From: a virus
Length of the DNA: 64,000 nt
Virus record (IMG/VR): IMGVR_UViG_3300025769_000006
Reading direction: 5' to 3' (one strand)
Part shown: piece after piece, positions 9,001-17,576 of the stretch
Position numbering within the stretch: position 1 is the stretch's first letter
Layout: each line of letters opens with the position of its first letter
The notes under the pieces: model-generated
The model's database searches: none
Told to the model about the DNA's origin: nothing
What the model saw: the letters and a program-made list of their open reading frames with translations, nothing else
Program-made: the position numbers and the translations under genes

Positions 9001-12000
9001 TTCTTGAGAGAGTTTGAGATAATATAGCTAATTTTTCTTTAAAATTTCTAAAATCTAAAGTTTCTATGTTTGGTGCTGATAATATTTCTCTTCTAATTTC
9101 AGCGGCAATAATTGCAGCTGGGTTTATTTCTTGAGAATATGCTTTATATGTTTTTATAAAACCTCCAGAAGCAACACTATATGTTTTAAAAGATTTTAAT
9201 TCTTTTAACTCTTTTGCTTCCTCGTCTGTTAATCTTTCTTTAGCTTCAAGCTCTAAACCTCTTTTTAAATCTCTTTTTTCTTGCTCTAATTGTTTTTTAA
9301 TAGCTGGATCTGTAACTGACTTTAGCTTTTTATTTACAGCTATAGAAGGATCATCTGCATTTAAAGCAAAATCACCACCAACTGGCACGCCTTCTATTAA
9401 TATAGGATCACCGTCGCTGTTAGAAAATCCAAACGTAGGATCTTTTAACAAAGTTATTAATTCATCTTGATTTTTTTCAAACTCTTCTTTTTGTTCTTGA
9501 ACATTAGTTTCATTTGATGTTTCAATAGAAGTTGCTCTTTCATCTATTTCGTCTGTAAACTTTTGACTAGTAACATTACCTGTTTTAAGGGCTTGTTTCA
9601 TTTTGTTTCTTAATTGACTGTTTATCCAGCCATTAAGATTGTTGTTTTCTAATATAGTTTCACCCTCAGAATTTTTATATCCTTTTTCGTCTAGCTTGTT
9701 TAAAGTGCTATTTATTTCAGAAGAAGAAAATCCTTTTTGTTTAAGTTTTTCTCTTTTCTTTTCTCTAAGCTCTAAAAATTCTTTATTAAAATTTCTAATA
9801 TGTGGTATTAATGCTATAGAAGTTTCAGCAATCATATCTTCAACACTATAATCAGGTAAATTTCCATATAAAACAGATGCCTTATCTAGTATAGGTTTTT
9901 CATACTCATTTAATATATCGTATAAAACGTTATCAACACCTGATGATTTACCCCAAATATTTTTATTATAAAAAGAATTTACTTTTAATTTAAATTCTTC
10001 TGAACTTGTTCTTTTCTTTGGTTTTAAAGAAAACTTTTCATCAAAATTAAAATTATCTTCTATGTCTTGTATTTCATCAAGAGTTGGTTCTCTATCTAAA
10101 ACAGGCTCTTGTGGTGCTTCTTTTTTATTTTTATCAACAAACTCTTGAGACTCTCTTTCTAAAGCTTTTGTGTCTATTTGAGCTCCTTTTTCAGCTACTT
10201 CAATTAAAGCCTTGTTTTTATCTGCTGTAAGTATTCTTGAATTTATACTAGTATTGTAATCTTTTATAAAATTATAAACATCTCTAGCAGAATTAAATTT
10301 TATATTTTTAAAACCTAAAAACTGTAGAACCTGTCTTATTGTATCTGCTATTTTTGTAAAAGTATCTGCTTCATAAGTTACTGCACCAACTGTTATAGCG
10401 TCAGAATAAAGTGTTAAAACCTCTTCCCATTGATTTCCAACAGCTTCTGATACTTTTCTATCATACTCTTGTTTAGTTATAACTCCAGATTTTAAATCAG
10501 CATCAAAACCTTTTATCATGTCGTTGTAAAATGCAATATAACTAGTAAAGTCTTTTAAGAACTCATCTGGTAAAGCTTTTTCAAGAGACTCATTAGAATC
10601 TAGCTTATCTTGTATTTTCATTACTTCAGCTAAAAGAGATTTACCTAATAACACTTGAGCTTCAGGGTTGTTTCTTATAGTCTCATACATTACACCATGT
10701 AAAAACTCATGCTCTTTTACAGTAACTTTACCGTCTTTAGAGGCTTTTTCGTTGTTTATAACTATATATTGCTGATCACCTCTTTGTATTGTAGTTCCAT
10801 ATTTTTGAGCTGTTGAAGTTGCTTTTGCTTTTGTATAGCCTAGTTCTTCAACTAAAAAGTTAACAAGATCTTCAGTTGAATCAAACTCGTTCCATGATAT
10901 ATTTTTAAACTTACCTTTTTTTATAGCTTTTTGTATAATTCCACTTTTTCTTTTTGTTATATCATTATAGTAAGCTGTTTTTATTTTTTCATCTAAAGCA
11001 GCTATTCTAGCGTCTGTTTCTGAGTGAAAAGATGGATCTTCTGTTTTTCTTTGTTGTCTGAGTCTACCAACTTCATTAACGTCTCCTAGTATTTGACTAG
11101 CAGCTTCAGCTGATAAATCTTGAGGCATTCTGTTTATATTGTTATTAAAAGCATTTATTTCTTCTAATACTTGATCAGCCTCTTGTTGAGTGTATATACC
11201 TTGATTTACTTGTTTTGCTAATAAACTTTTTACATCTTCTTTTTTATAAGCTAAGTAGCTTAAGTTGTTAAATCTATCTACAGCTGACATACCTAACATC
11301 TGCCTAGCCGTTTGCTTTGCTAGATTAAGTGTTACACCAGCGCCTGGCATAATTGCGCCTGCAAAGAAAGAAAGAATCGTAGTATCAAGAAAGTCTTGCA
11401 TACTCATTGTGTCCTTAAGTATTTTCTTTCCAGCTATTTCATTTACATTTTTGTTTACAGCAAATACTTCACCTATTTGTTGTACATTTTCTTGAAAAAC
11501 TTCTTTTAAACCTTCCCCACCTAAATTAACAAGTGTTCCAAGTTTTCCACTTCTAAAATAATCTATAAAAGAGTTTTTTCCTTTTTTAGTATATTCTCTT
11601 AGCGCGTTTCCTACAAAGTTTTTTGTAGTTAATTTACCAAATATAGCGTCAGTAGCTTTTGTCTGTGGAGAAATAGGAGCTGTTAAAGCGTATAATATAC
11701 CTGTTTGTATAGAAGCAATAGTAGCAAGTTCCGAGGCTTCTGCATCGTTTATTCCCATTTGTCTAGCTTGAGCTAGTGTTTGTTCATAACCTCTAGAAAA
11801 TCCCATAGTGCCTTGTGCTATAATAGCATCTGCCATAGATCTTTTTATTGGAATAGATTTTAAAAAGCTTCTAGTTTTACCTAGTATTCCCATACCATTA
11901 GTAAAACCACCGACAGCTCTAATACCGTTGCCCATGCCTCTAGTCATAGCTATTTGCACAAATAAATCTCCCAACACGTTAGCTCCAGAATCAAAAGCAC

Positions 12001-13423
12001 CTAAAACGCTAAATGCTCTATCTTTAGTACCTCTTTCTCTAGCCTCTTTTCTTATTTGATCTGCTTTTTCTTGTGTTAAAAAGTTTGTAGCATCTAAAGA
12101 TCTTGTTTTGTCTAATATTCTACCATCTTTTGTTACTAAGTAAATAGTGTTAGTTTCTGCATCTACTATAGAATTACCTATACCATTTACAAAACGACCA
12201 GGACCGGTATAATGTTTCCACTTACCTTCCATGCCTAATTTTTCTAAAGCAATTTCTTCTCTTATAGATTCGGAAACACCTTCAAAATAATCACCTGGTA
12301 ATATACCATAAAAAGACGCACTAAGCTCTTCTATTCTATCACTAAATCCGTTCCAACCATTTCCTCCAACATTTAAAAGAAATTGACCTGCGCTAATATT
12401 TCCATCAGATTTCAAGAGTTTTTGATACTCCATATTATCTCTTTCGTCTGCTTCTTGCATTTTAGCAGATATAATTGGAAACTCTTTTCTAACGTAAGAT
12501 TCGTATTGGTTTAATTTTATATTTTCAGGAGATATTTGAAATTTTTTATTAATAGAATTTGGATCTATACCAGTTTCAGATTGAAACATTAATTTTTGTT
12601 GCTTAATGTCTCTTTGTATTTGTTCGTTTAAATATAAATTAAAATATTTTAGTTTTCTTCTTTCGTAAGCAAGTTCAGGATCATAAGCATTTCCATAAGA
12701 TTTTTTATCCATGTCAAGCTCTAAAAATCTTTTTAAATCTTCGTCATATCCTTTGTTTCTCATAAATCCAGCAAAATCAACTTGATTCATGTTGTCTAGA
12801 TAAACATCTCCATATACGTCATTAACAAAGTTATCTTGAGGATCAAATTCTTCGTATATATACGGTTGATTTAATTTTTGAATATCTATGTAAGTTTGTA
12901 TTTCATCTTTACCTTTACTTTGAAAAGTAGCAATTCTACTTTTTGCTTTATCTCTTTCATATTTAGGTATAGGATTTATAGTAGACAAACCTAGTGGATC
13001 ATCTTTATAACCAGCTTTTATAAGGTCTTCTTCACTTATAAAATTATTATCTACAGCTAATTGTATGTTTTCATCTTCAAATAAACCAAATTGGTTTTGC
13101 TTGAGTAGACTTTCTTTGTCAAATCTATTAATAGATTCTCCTACTTGAGATTTTAGATTTTCATCTACGTTTGGATTAAAATACTCAAAATTATTTATAT
13201 CTAAGCTACCTGGAGATACCGATAAAGTATTTTCCGAAATTAAATCCCCATCTTGACTCGGTGCGAACATGTTGTTTGAAGGCATCGCATTTGCACCCGC
13301 TGCAACACCCTCCACTTTTTTTAATTTTGCACCTGGGTTTTCAGACAAGAAAATTATTTTTTGTTGTTCTGGATAATTAGTCAAATCAACTTCTTCTCCA
13401 TTTGGTAAAATATATATTTCCAT
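6062..13423 (-). CDS. giant (2453 aa) virion-associated multidomain protein with zincin HExxH motif; putative ejection/internal protein
   Basis: A single uninterrupted ORF. HEFLH is encoded at 10697-10711. Gly-rich hydrophobic stretches occur (GNGIRAVGGFTNGMGILG, ILSFFAGAIMPGAGV). Its position matches T7 gp16 after 230-aa and 571-aa proteins. Confidence 0.55.
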   Translation of the reverse strand: MEIYILPNGEEVDLTNYPEQQKIIFLSENPGAKLKKVEGVAAGANAMPSNNMFAPSQDGDLISENTLSVSPGSLDINNFEYFNPNVDENLKSQVGESINRFDKESLLKQNQFGLFEDENIQLAVDNNFISEEDLIKAGYKDDPLGLSTINPIPKYERDKAKSRIATFQSKGKDEIQTYIDIQKLNQPYIYEEFDPQDNFVNDVYGDVYLDNMNQVDFAGFMRNKGYDEDLKRFLELDMDKKSYGNAYDPELAYERRKLKYFNLYLNEQIQRDIKQQKLMFQSETGIDPNSINKKFQISPENIKLNQYESYVRKEFPIISAKMQEADERDNMEYQKLLKSDGNISAGQFLLNVGGNGWNGFSDRIEELSASFYGILPGDYFEGVSESIREEIALEKLGMEGKWKHYTGPGRFVNGIGNSIVDAETNTIYLVTKDGRILDKTRSLDATNFLTQEKADQIRKEARERGTKDRAFSVLGAFDSGANVLGDLFVQIAMTRGMGNGIRAVGGFTNGMGILGKTRSFLKSIPIKRSMADAIIAQGTMGFSRGYEQTLAQARQMGINDAEASELATIASIQTGILYALTAPISPQTKATDAIFGKLTTKNFVGNALREYTKKGKNSFIDYFRSGKLGTLVNLGGEGLKEVFQENVQQIGEVFAVNKNVNEIAGKKILKDTMSMQDFLDTTILSFFAGAIMPGAGVTLNLAKQTARQMLGMSAVDRFNNLSYLAYKKEDVKSLLAKQVNQGIYTQQEADQVLEEINAFNNNINRMPQDLSAEAASQILGDVNEVGRLRQQRKTEDPSFHSETDARIAALDEKIKTAYYNDITKRKSGIIQKAIKKGKFKNISWNEFDSTEDLVNFLVEELGYTKAKATSTAQKYGTTIQRGDQQYIVINNEKASKDGKVTVKEHEFLHGVMYETIRNNPEAQVLLGKSLLAEVMKIQDKLDSNESLEKALPDEFLKDFTSYIAFYNDMIKGFDADLKSGVITKQEYDRKVSEAVGNQWEEVLTLYSDAITVGAVTYEADTFTKIADTIRQVLQFLGFKNIKFNSARDVYNFIKDYNTSINSRILTADKNKALIEVAEKGAQIDTKALERESQEFVDKNKKEAPQEPVLDREPTLDEIQDIEDNFNFDEKFSLKPKKRTSSEEFKLKVNSFYNKNIWGKSSGVDNVLYDILNEYEKPILDKASVLYGNLPDYSVEDMIAETSIALIPHIRNFNKEFLELREKKREKLKQKGFSSSEINSTLNKLDEKGYKNSEGETILENNNLNGWINSQLRNKMKQALKTGNVTSQKFTDEIDERATSIETSNETNVQEQKEEFEKNQDELITLLKDPTFGFSNSDGDPILIEGVPVGGDFALNADDPSIAVNKKLKSVTDPAIKKQLEQEKRDLKRGLELEAKERLTDEEAKELKELKSFKTYSVASGGFIKTYKAYSQEINPAAIIAAEIRREILSAPNIETLDFRNFKEKLAILSQTLSRRMTFKNSTDLDSFMFNNWKTIWEVINNPIDPVTGESTYAIKKVPPRLKTTDDQGRPQKTKDINVVTFLQSYFGVDEATRIIRTYSKNPNVLLKKLLPVELSRTGNKLWATAYFDRRTALMELFGDVLVLQEARNSLRNDAFLNEISKRNVNLYNDLQNINTRNKVINNFAKGKSDKVKFSMSNGTRNNAKLNSYLTYSNDPNQQFFTARIMDQASRQVSKFSQKRNKFKVPDLGKMNDKAVSYYLIDKISQGYNEFEFKNANNKKGKITKGVLDVTKFSLENNKNYSNNLNTAFNQIIEENTGIAVEETFSKARAEQMAKNISKKIYLPPADSDFLGLMLMVASGRGKKGEQQVDWVTENIIKPYSEGNLDLINARNSAHRDWKNLFDKQTKKLLREDSSYSGFSNDQAIRVYLWKKAGYQIPDLESKDIFNLSEVVRTNPKLRKLAQQISLLAKQPNGYIEPPQQWVDGNILSDVQSILTKLNRAKYLQRWKQNVDLIFNKETMAKLQAAYGTPYVDALTDVLGRMQTGTNKPKGLDKATRGWVDWLNGSVGVTMFFNMRSALLQTISATNFINMTFNNPLAAGKAILNVPQMVKDFKTLWNSPYLKDRRSGLLSDLQEAEFVDVLNSPNNKTWAQKTKGLIFWALKKGFIPTRAADSLAITLGGTTFYRNRINDLVKKGVDRAEAEKRAMLEFYETAEISQQSADPSKISQNQASVKGRLLLAFQNTPLQYARIIKTAALNIAKNRGSFTGNVSKIVYYAAIQNFIFNFLQNALFRMWDDDDERYVDYTQSKTRAANSMLDTLIRGAGLYGAYIAAVKNVSLKAYELSQGPRRGRGKEYQLVIEALNVSAPIGIKARKLAKAYQSYSYKSEYFDYWGWDPIKNPYALEALTTLTSATLNIPLDRLMIKAENAAAVLDSQYETWQRIAFFFGYSKWNLDLDEDQYQNNNNINNPFGLDFGGELNDLNIDLNLDIDINL

Positions 13424-13428
13424 TTATT

Positions 13429-15144
13429 TTATTTTAATGCTTTTTCCATTCTTTTAACATACTCAGTGTCTGTCTCACCTTCTTTTTTTGGATTAGAATT
13501 CATCCAATCTATTTTTCTAGCTCTAGTCATTAATATTGTTTCATTTTCTATAGCTTTTCTTTCTGACTGTGTAGTATTATCTAAAGCAAATTTTAATCTA
13601 TCAACAGCTGAATCAAAATTATAATCACCAGCATAAACAGGCTTGCTATTTATTATTTTATAAAGACCATCTTTTGGAGCTAGTTTTTCAAATACTTCTC
13701 TAGGATCCATACCTTTATCTTGATAATAATCTTTATTTGATTTTGAGTTTGCAACTTTCTTATTATGCTCATTGTCTAACCAAAAATCATAAATTTCGTC
13801 TTTAGGCATATATCTACCTTTTGGTCCTTCAATTTTAAACATATTGTCTAATACAACCTTAGTTGGATTATCTCCACCAAGTATTATATTGTTGTAATAT
13901 TGAGCTCTATAACCTATATTAGGTGTTACTTGTTTTTTAGTTTCTGGTTGTATTATACTTTTGCTTCCAGATTTATACCATCTTCCTTGTTCATCTTGAA
14001 CTAAACCTGTTGTTGTTGATTGTATCAACTGGTTAAACAATGCTTCTTTGTATTGTTCTTCTGTAGGTTGAACATTTTGATAATCATTCTCAATGCCTTC
14101 ATTAAGCTTTTTTAAATCTATATTCCAACCATTAGCAGCTTGTTGAACATTAGTATTAACGCCTTTTACTTTAGCTGTTAATATAGATTCTAGATCTTGT
14201 CTTACTAAATCTAAATTTAGATATTGTCTTATTTCTTCTGTTTTTTTAGAACTTTTACTACCTTCGTAATTTATTCTATCTCTAAATATAACTTGATCAC
14301 TCCAGTATTTATCTGCATACTGTCCATTTGCTAGTAAAACACCTAAACCATTACCTGCTTTCGTTCTATCAGCAGGCTTCATCATTTCTAAAGATTCATT
14401 TACAAGTTGAGGTACAGAAGATATAAAAGAAAAATTATCACCTTCATTAACATTTGCATTCCACGCTCTAGCACTTATGTATTTTTCTCTATAATCACCT
14501 TCAACAAGTTTACCATCTTGCATTCTTCTAGGTTCATATCCAGAAACTTTTACCATTATATCATTTTTATCTTGATCATAGACCATTTCAAAGTCAGCAT
14601 TACTATATATACCACCTAAAGCATTTACTAGAAATTGATTATTTGCTATGTCTTCTGGAGTGTCTCCTAATATTGTTATTTTACTACCTATTTTAGTCGC
14701 GTTTTCTTTCCAATACTGACCAGTTGCTACAAAACTTTTTGTTGTTTCGCTTGTTAAGTTTAATAAGTCGTAATAATCTTGTATAGCTTTTTTTGCTGAG
14801 TTTCTTTTTTCTTGATCTCCAAATTGAGTTTTCAAATATATTTGAGCTTGAGTAGCTATATCGATTCTATCGTTTAATGTTTTCATCAACTCGTCTTGTA
14901 TTGCAGATGTTTTTGGAGCTGTAGCTAATTTATTCATTTGCTCTAAATTCCACACATCAGCATCACCTTGTACGCGCTGCATTTTTTCTATTAATCTTTG
15001 CTCTTCAGCTCTTTTTCTTTCTTGTTCTGCTTCTAGTTCTTTTCTACGTTTTTCATCTATAGCGGATTGTTTTTGAAATCCTTCAAGATAAGCAGAAGCT
15101 GGATCTATACCGGTATATAATTGTCTTGGATTTTCGTAACTCAT
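13429..15144 (-). CDS. putative internal virion protein (571 aa)
   Basis: ORF track entry; assigned by synteny only (gp15-like slot). Confidence 0.35.
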   Translation of the reverse strand: MSYENPRQLYTGIDPASAYLEGFQKQSAIDEKRRKELEAEQERKRAEEQRLIEKMQRVQGDADVWNLEQMNKLATAPKTSAIQDELMKTLNDRIDIATQAQIYLKTQFGDQEKRNSAKKAIQDYYDLLNLTSETTKSFVATGQYWKENATKIGSKITILGDTPEDIANNQFLVNALGGIYSNADFEMVYDQDKNDIMVKVSGYEPRRMQDGKLVEGDYREKYISARAWNANVNEGDNFSFISSVPQLVNESLEMMKPADRTKAGNGLGVLLANGQYADKYWSDQVIFRDRINYEGSKSSKKTEEIRQYLNLDLVRQDLESILTAKVKGVNTNVQQAANGWNIDLKKLNEGIENDYQNVQPTEEQYKEALFNQLIQSTTTGLVQDEQGRWYKSGSKSIIQPETKKQVTPNIGYRAQYYNNIILGGDNPTKVVLDNMFKIEGPKGRYMPKDEIYDFWLDNEHNKKVANSKSNKDYYQDKGMDPREVFEKLAPKDGLYKIINSKPVYAGDYNFDSAVDRLKFALDNTTQSERKAIENETILMTRARKIDWMNSNPKKEGETDTEYVKRMEKALK

Positions 15145-15153
15145 ATTATTTTT

Positions 15154-15846
15154 TTATTTTGACATTATACTTCCAACTCCGCCTATGACGTTCGTTATAC
15201 CACCTAAAACAGCACCGTCTCTAGCACCTTGAGCTCTCGCGTAGCTAGATTGAGCTTGTTGTGCTTGTGCGTTAGCAATGTCTAATTGTCCAGCTTTTCT
15301 GTTCAACTGTTGATTTTCTCTTGTTTCTTGTGCTGAGAAGGTAAACTGTTTACCCATAACTTCGGCATTTTGAAGTCTTTGAGCTTCTTGCATTTTAAGC
15401 ATTTGATACTGTTGCTCTCCTTTAGCATATAACTGTTGATTTTTAGCTTCTTGCATTTCTAAACTAGCAGAAATTTGTTTTTTACTTTGCAAAGCGGCTT
15501 GAGCTAAAGCGGTTGCACCACCAGCAGATGCACCCGTTGCCCTTAAGGTATCTAACGTATTGGCCAGTGATATTTCCGCTTGCTCTGCCTGAAATTCAGC
15601 TGCTTGAGTAGCAACGCCCAAATTAGCATATGTATTACTAATGTTACCGCTAGTATCAGTTACATTAGCATAAGGATTTATTATAGGTTGTCTGCTATTT
15701 TCTAAAGCCTCTAGTTCTGCCTCTAGACGTCTTTTTTCTGCCATAGCGTCATTTCTAGCACCTTGTGCTCTTTTCTTAGCCTGGTTAGCTCCTATAGCAC
15801 CTCCGATGCCTTGAACTATACCGCCTATTGCTGCTGCTGCTCCCAT
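15154..15846 (-). CDS. putative internal virion protein, A/Q-rich coiled coil with Gly-zipper ends
   Basis: The N-terminus is MGAAAAIGGIVQGIGGAIGA and the C-terminus is GAVLGGITNVIGGVGSIMSK. The centre is Q/A-rich. Confidence 0.4.
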   Translation of the reverse strand: MGAAAAIGGIVQGIGGAIGANQAKKRAQGARNDAMAEKRRLEAELEALENSRQPIINPYANVTDTSGNISNTYANLGVATQAAEFQAEQAEISLANTLDTLRATGASAGGATALAQAALQSKKQISASLEMQEAKNQQLYAKGEQQYQMLKMQEAQRLQNAEVMGKQFTFSAQETRENQQLNRKAGQLDIANAQAQQAQSSYARAQGARDGAVLGGITNVIGGVGSIMSK

Positions 15847-15849
15847 TTA

Positions 15850-16254
15850 TTATTTGTTTTTATATACTATATAGTGTTTTTTATCTGCAACACTATAGTT
15901 TAATTTTTTTAATTTATTAAGAACTGAATCATAAGGCGTTGTACACCAAACAGCTTCTGCTCCATTTTTTAACGAAGACTCTACTGCCTCGTCTATTAGT
16001 TTCATTAAAACTTCTTCTCTGTCTTTTCTCCTATAAAAAGGATCTGCTATTAAGAAGTCGCAATACCAAACAAGAGAATTTGTAGTATATATAAAAGTAC
16101 ATGCTACTATTTTATTGTCTACAAAAACCGCTAAACAATATTTTTTTTCTTGTGGTAATAATTTTATATTTAAATCTATTTTATTATGGTGTTTAAACCA
16201 TTTGTTTATTTTATTAAAATATAAATTTAAATCTATATTTTTTATTTCTATCAT
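15850..16254 (-). CDS. GNAT-like N-acetyltransferase fold protein
   Basis: FLIADPFYRRKDREEVLMKLIDEAVESSLKNGAEAVW resembles GNAT motif A (V.P.YRgkGiG..L...) but with degenerate glycines. Confidence 0.35.
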   Translation of the reverse strand: MIEIKNIDLNLYFNKINKWFKHHNKIDLNIKLLPQEKKYCLAVFVDNKIVACTFIYTTNSLVWYCDFLIADPFYRRKDREEVLMKLIDEAVESSLKNGAEAVWCTTPYDSVLNKLKKLNYSVADKKHYIVYKNK

Positions 16255-16263
16255 TAAATAATG

Positions 16264-17535
16264 TTAATATGAAGACTCTTTATAATTTGTTGATATAGCG
16301 AACAACTCACTTTTGTCTTGTGCATTACTGCATGTAAAAGTTACTTCTGCAGTATATCCTTTTATTCCTGAAATAGAATTACCAAAAACAATTTCGCCTT
16401 GTGAAAAAGCTGTTGAGTTTACTAAATTAGCAAAATACTTATCTTCTTTTCTTTTAAATTCATTTTTAAATAACTGATCGTCTAGTTCAGTGATTGTTGT
16501 AGGCATAACATACACGGCAACAGGTAAAGCTGAATCACCAGAATTTGTTGATATACTAGTCATAGCCCAATTATTGCCACCTTCGTAATTAATAGTTTGA
16601 AAGTTTTTAATTAATGAAGGTTGAGAATTAAATATAGTTTTAACGCTAGCGTCATATTGTGTTCCGTAAAAATTAGCTCTAGGTAGATTACTTCTATAGT
16701 GTTGATATATACCTCCTTCGCTTGTTGTGTAAAAATTATTTTGCACACTAACCACATTGTTAGGGCTATAGCTATATCTACTAGTCCAACCTTGAACTTG
16801 TTCATCAAAACTAAGTGTTTGAACTGGAGTTCCTGATGCTGCAGATTGCAGCGATAATGTATAGCACTTATTATGTATATCCCAACCTCCAATAGAAAGT
16901 CCACCGCTTAAAGTTGCGAAATTATCTCTAAAATAATCATACATACCATAAGCTGATATTTCTGTTATACCGTCTTGCGATAATCTAAGTACAGCGCCTT
17001 GATTAGAGTCTGTAAAATATTTTCTATAACCATACACCGCAAAGCTTTCAGGGTTTTTTGATATACCAAATTCACCAGCATATGGCGTTATAGCTCCAAT
17101 AACAACATTTGAAGCTGTTTGTATAGGTTGACCTTCTTGCGTATATATAGCGTCTTTATCTATAAGAGCTCTGTTAACTTTATTTTCTTGGAATATAATT
17201 AAATTAGTATCTTCAGCGTAAAGCTTTTGTACAGTACCTTTTTGGGGGTCAACAGTTCTAGTTATTTCTTCACCAGATGGAAATTGATTGGTTTGATTCA
17301 CACCTGTTCTAGAGTTTAATATACCTGAATATATTAAAGAATTACCAAGTTCTTCTTGTAAATTATCTTCAGCTCTTAAATAAGCTCTAGGTGATAAACC
17401 CGTTTGAACGTTATTATAACCACCTCTAATTCTAGCTTCTTCTATGTACCAGTTGTAAATAGGTGAAACATCTCCTTGTATTATTTTTTTCAAAACAAAG
17501 GTATTGTAGTATTTTACTGGTGTTTTTACTGCCAT
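16264..17535 (-). CDS. structural protein (423 aa), tail-associated candidate
   Basis: ORF track entry in the late operon; preceded by a TAATTATAC-TATAGT-ATG box. Confidence 0.4.
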   Translation of the reverse strand: MAVKTPVKYYNTFVLKKIIQGDVSPIYNWYIEEARIRGGYNNVQTGLSPRAYLRAEDNLQEELGNSLIYSGILNSRTGVNQTNQFPSGEEITRTVDPQKGTVQKLYAEDTNLIIFQENKVNRALIDKDAIYTQEGQPIQTASNVVIGAITPYAGEFGISKNPESFAVYGYRKYFTDSNQGAVLRLSQDGITEISAYGMYDYFRDNFATLSGGLSIGGWDIHNKCYTLSLQSAASGTPVQTLSFDEQVQGWTSRYSYSPNNVVSVQNNFYTTSEGGIYQHYRSNLPRANFYGTQYDASVKTIFNSQPSLIKNFQTINYEGGNNWAMTSISTNSGDSALPVAVYVMPTTITELDDQLFKNEFKRKEDKYFANLVNSTAFSQGEIVFGNSISGIKGYTAEVTFTCSNAQDKSELFAISTNYKESSY

Positions 17536-17554
17536 ACTATAGTATAATTACTTG
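17536..17554 (-). promoter_or_regulatory. late-type box CAAGTAATTATAC-TATAGT abutting ATG
   Basis: Same architecture as the 28413 and 25671 boxes. A second AAGTAATTA lies 21 nt further upstream. Confidence 0.35.
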
Positions 17555-17576
17555 TTTATTTTATTAATTACTTAAA

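Noticed and set aside
9639-12059. Plus-strand ORFs inside the 2453-aa gene (9639..9851, 11265..11495, 11808..12059)
   Set aside because: They are antisense to a continuous 7.4-kb ORF, and their composition (F/S/L/I-rich) is typical of antisense translation.
6062-13423. Virion RNA polymerase (crAss/N4-like) assignment for the 2453-aa protein
   Set aside because: The only DxDxD strings (DLDED, and the near-match LDIDI) sit in the low-complexity extreme C-terminus. I saw no double-psi beta-barrel-type motif context. This needs a profile or structure search before any such claim.
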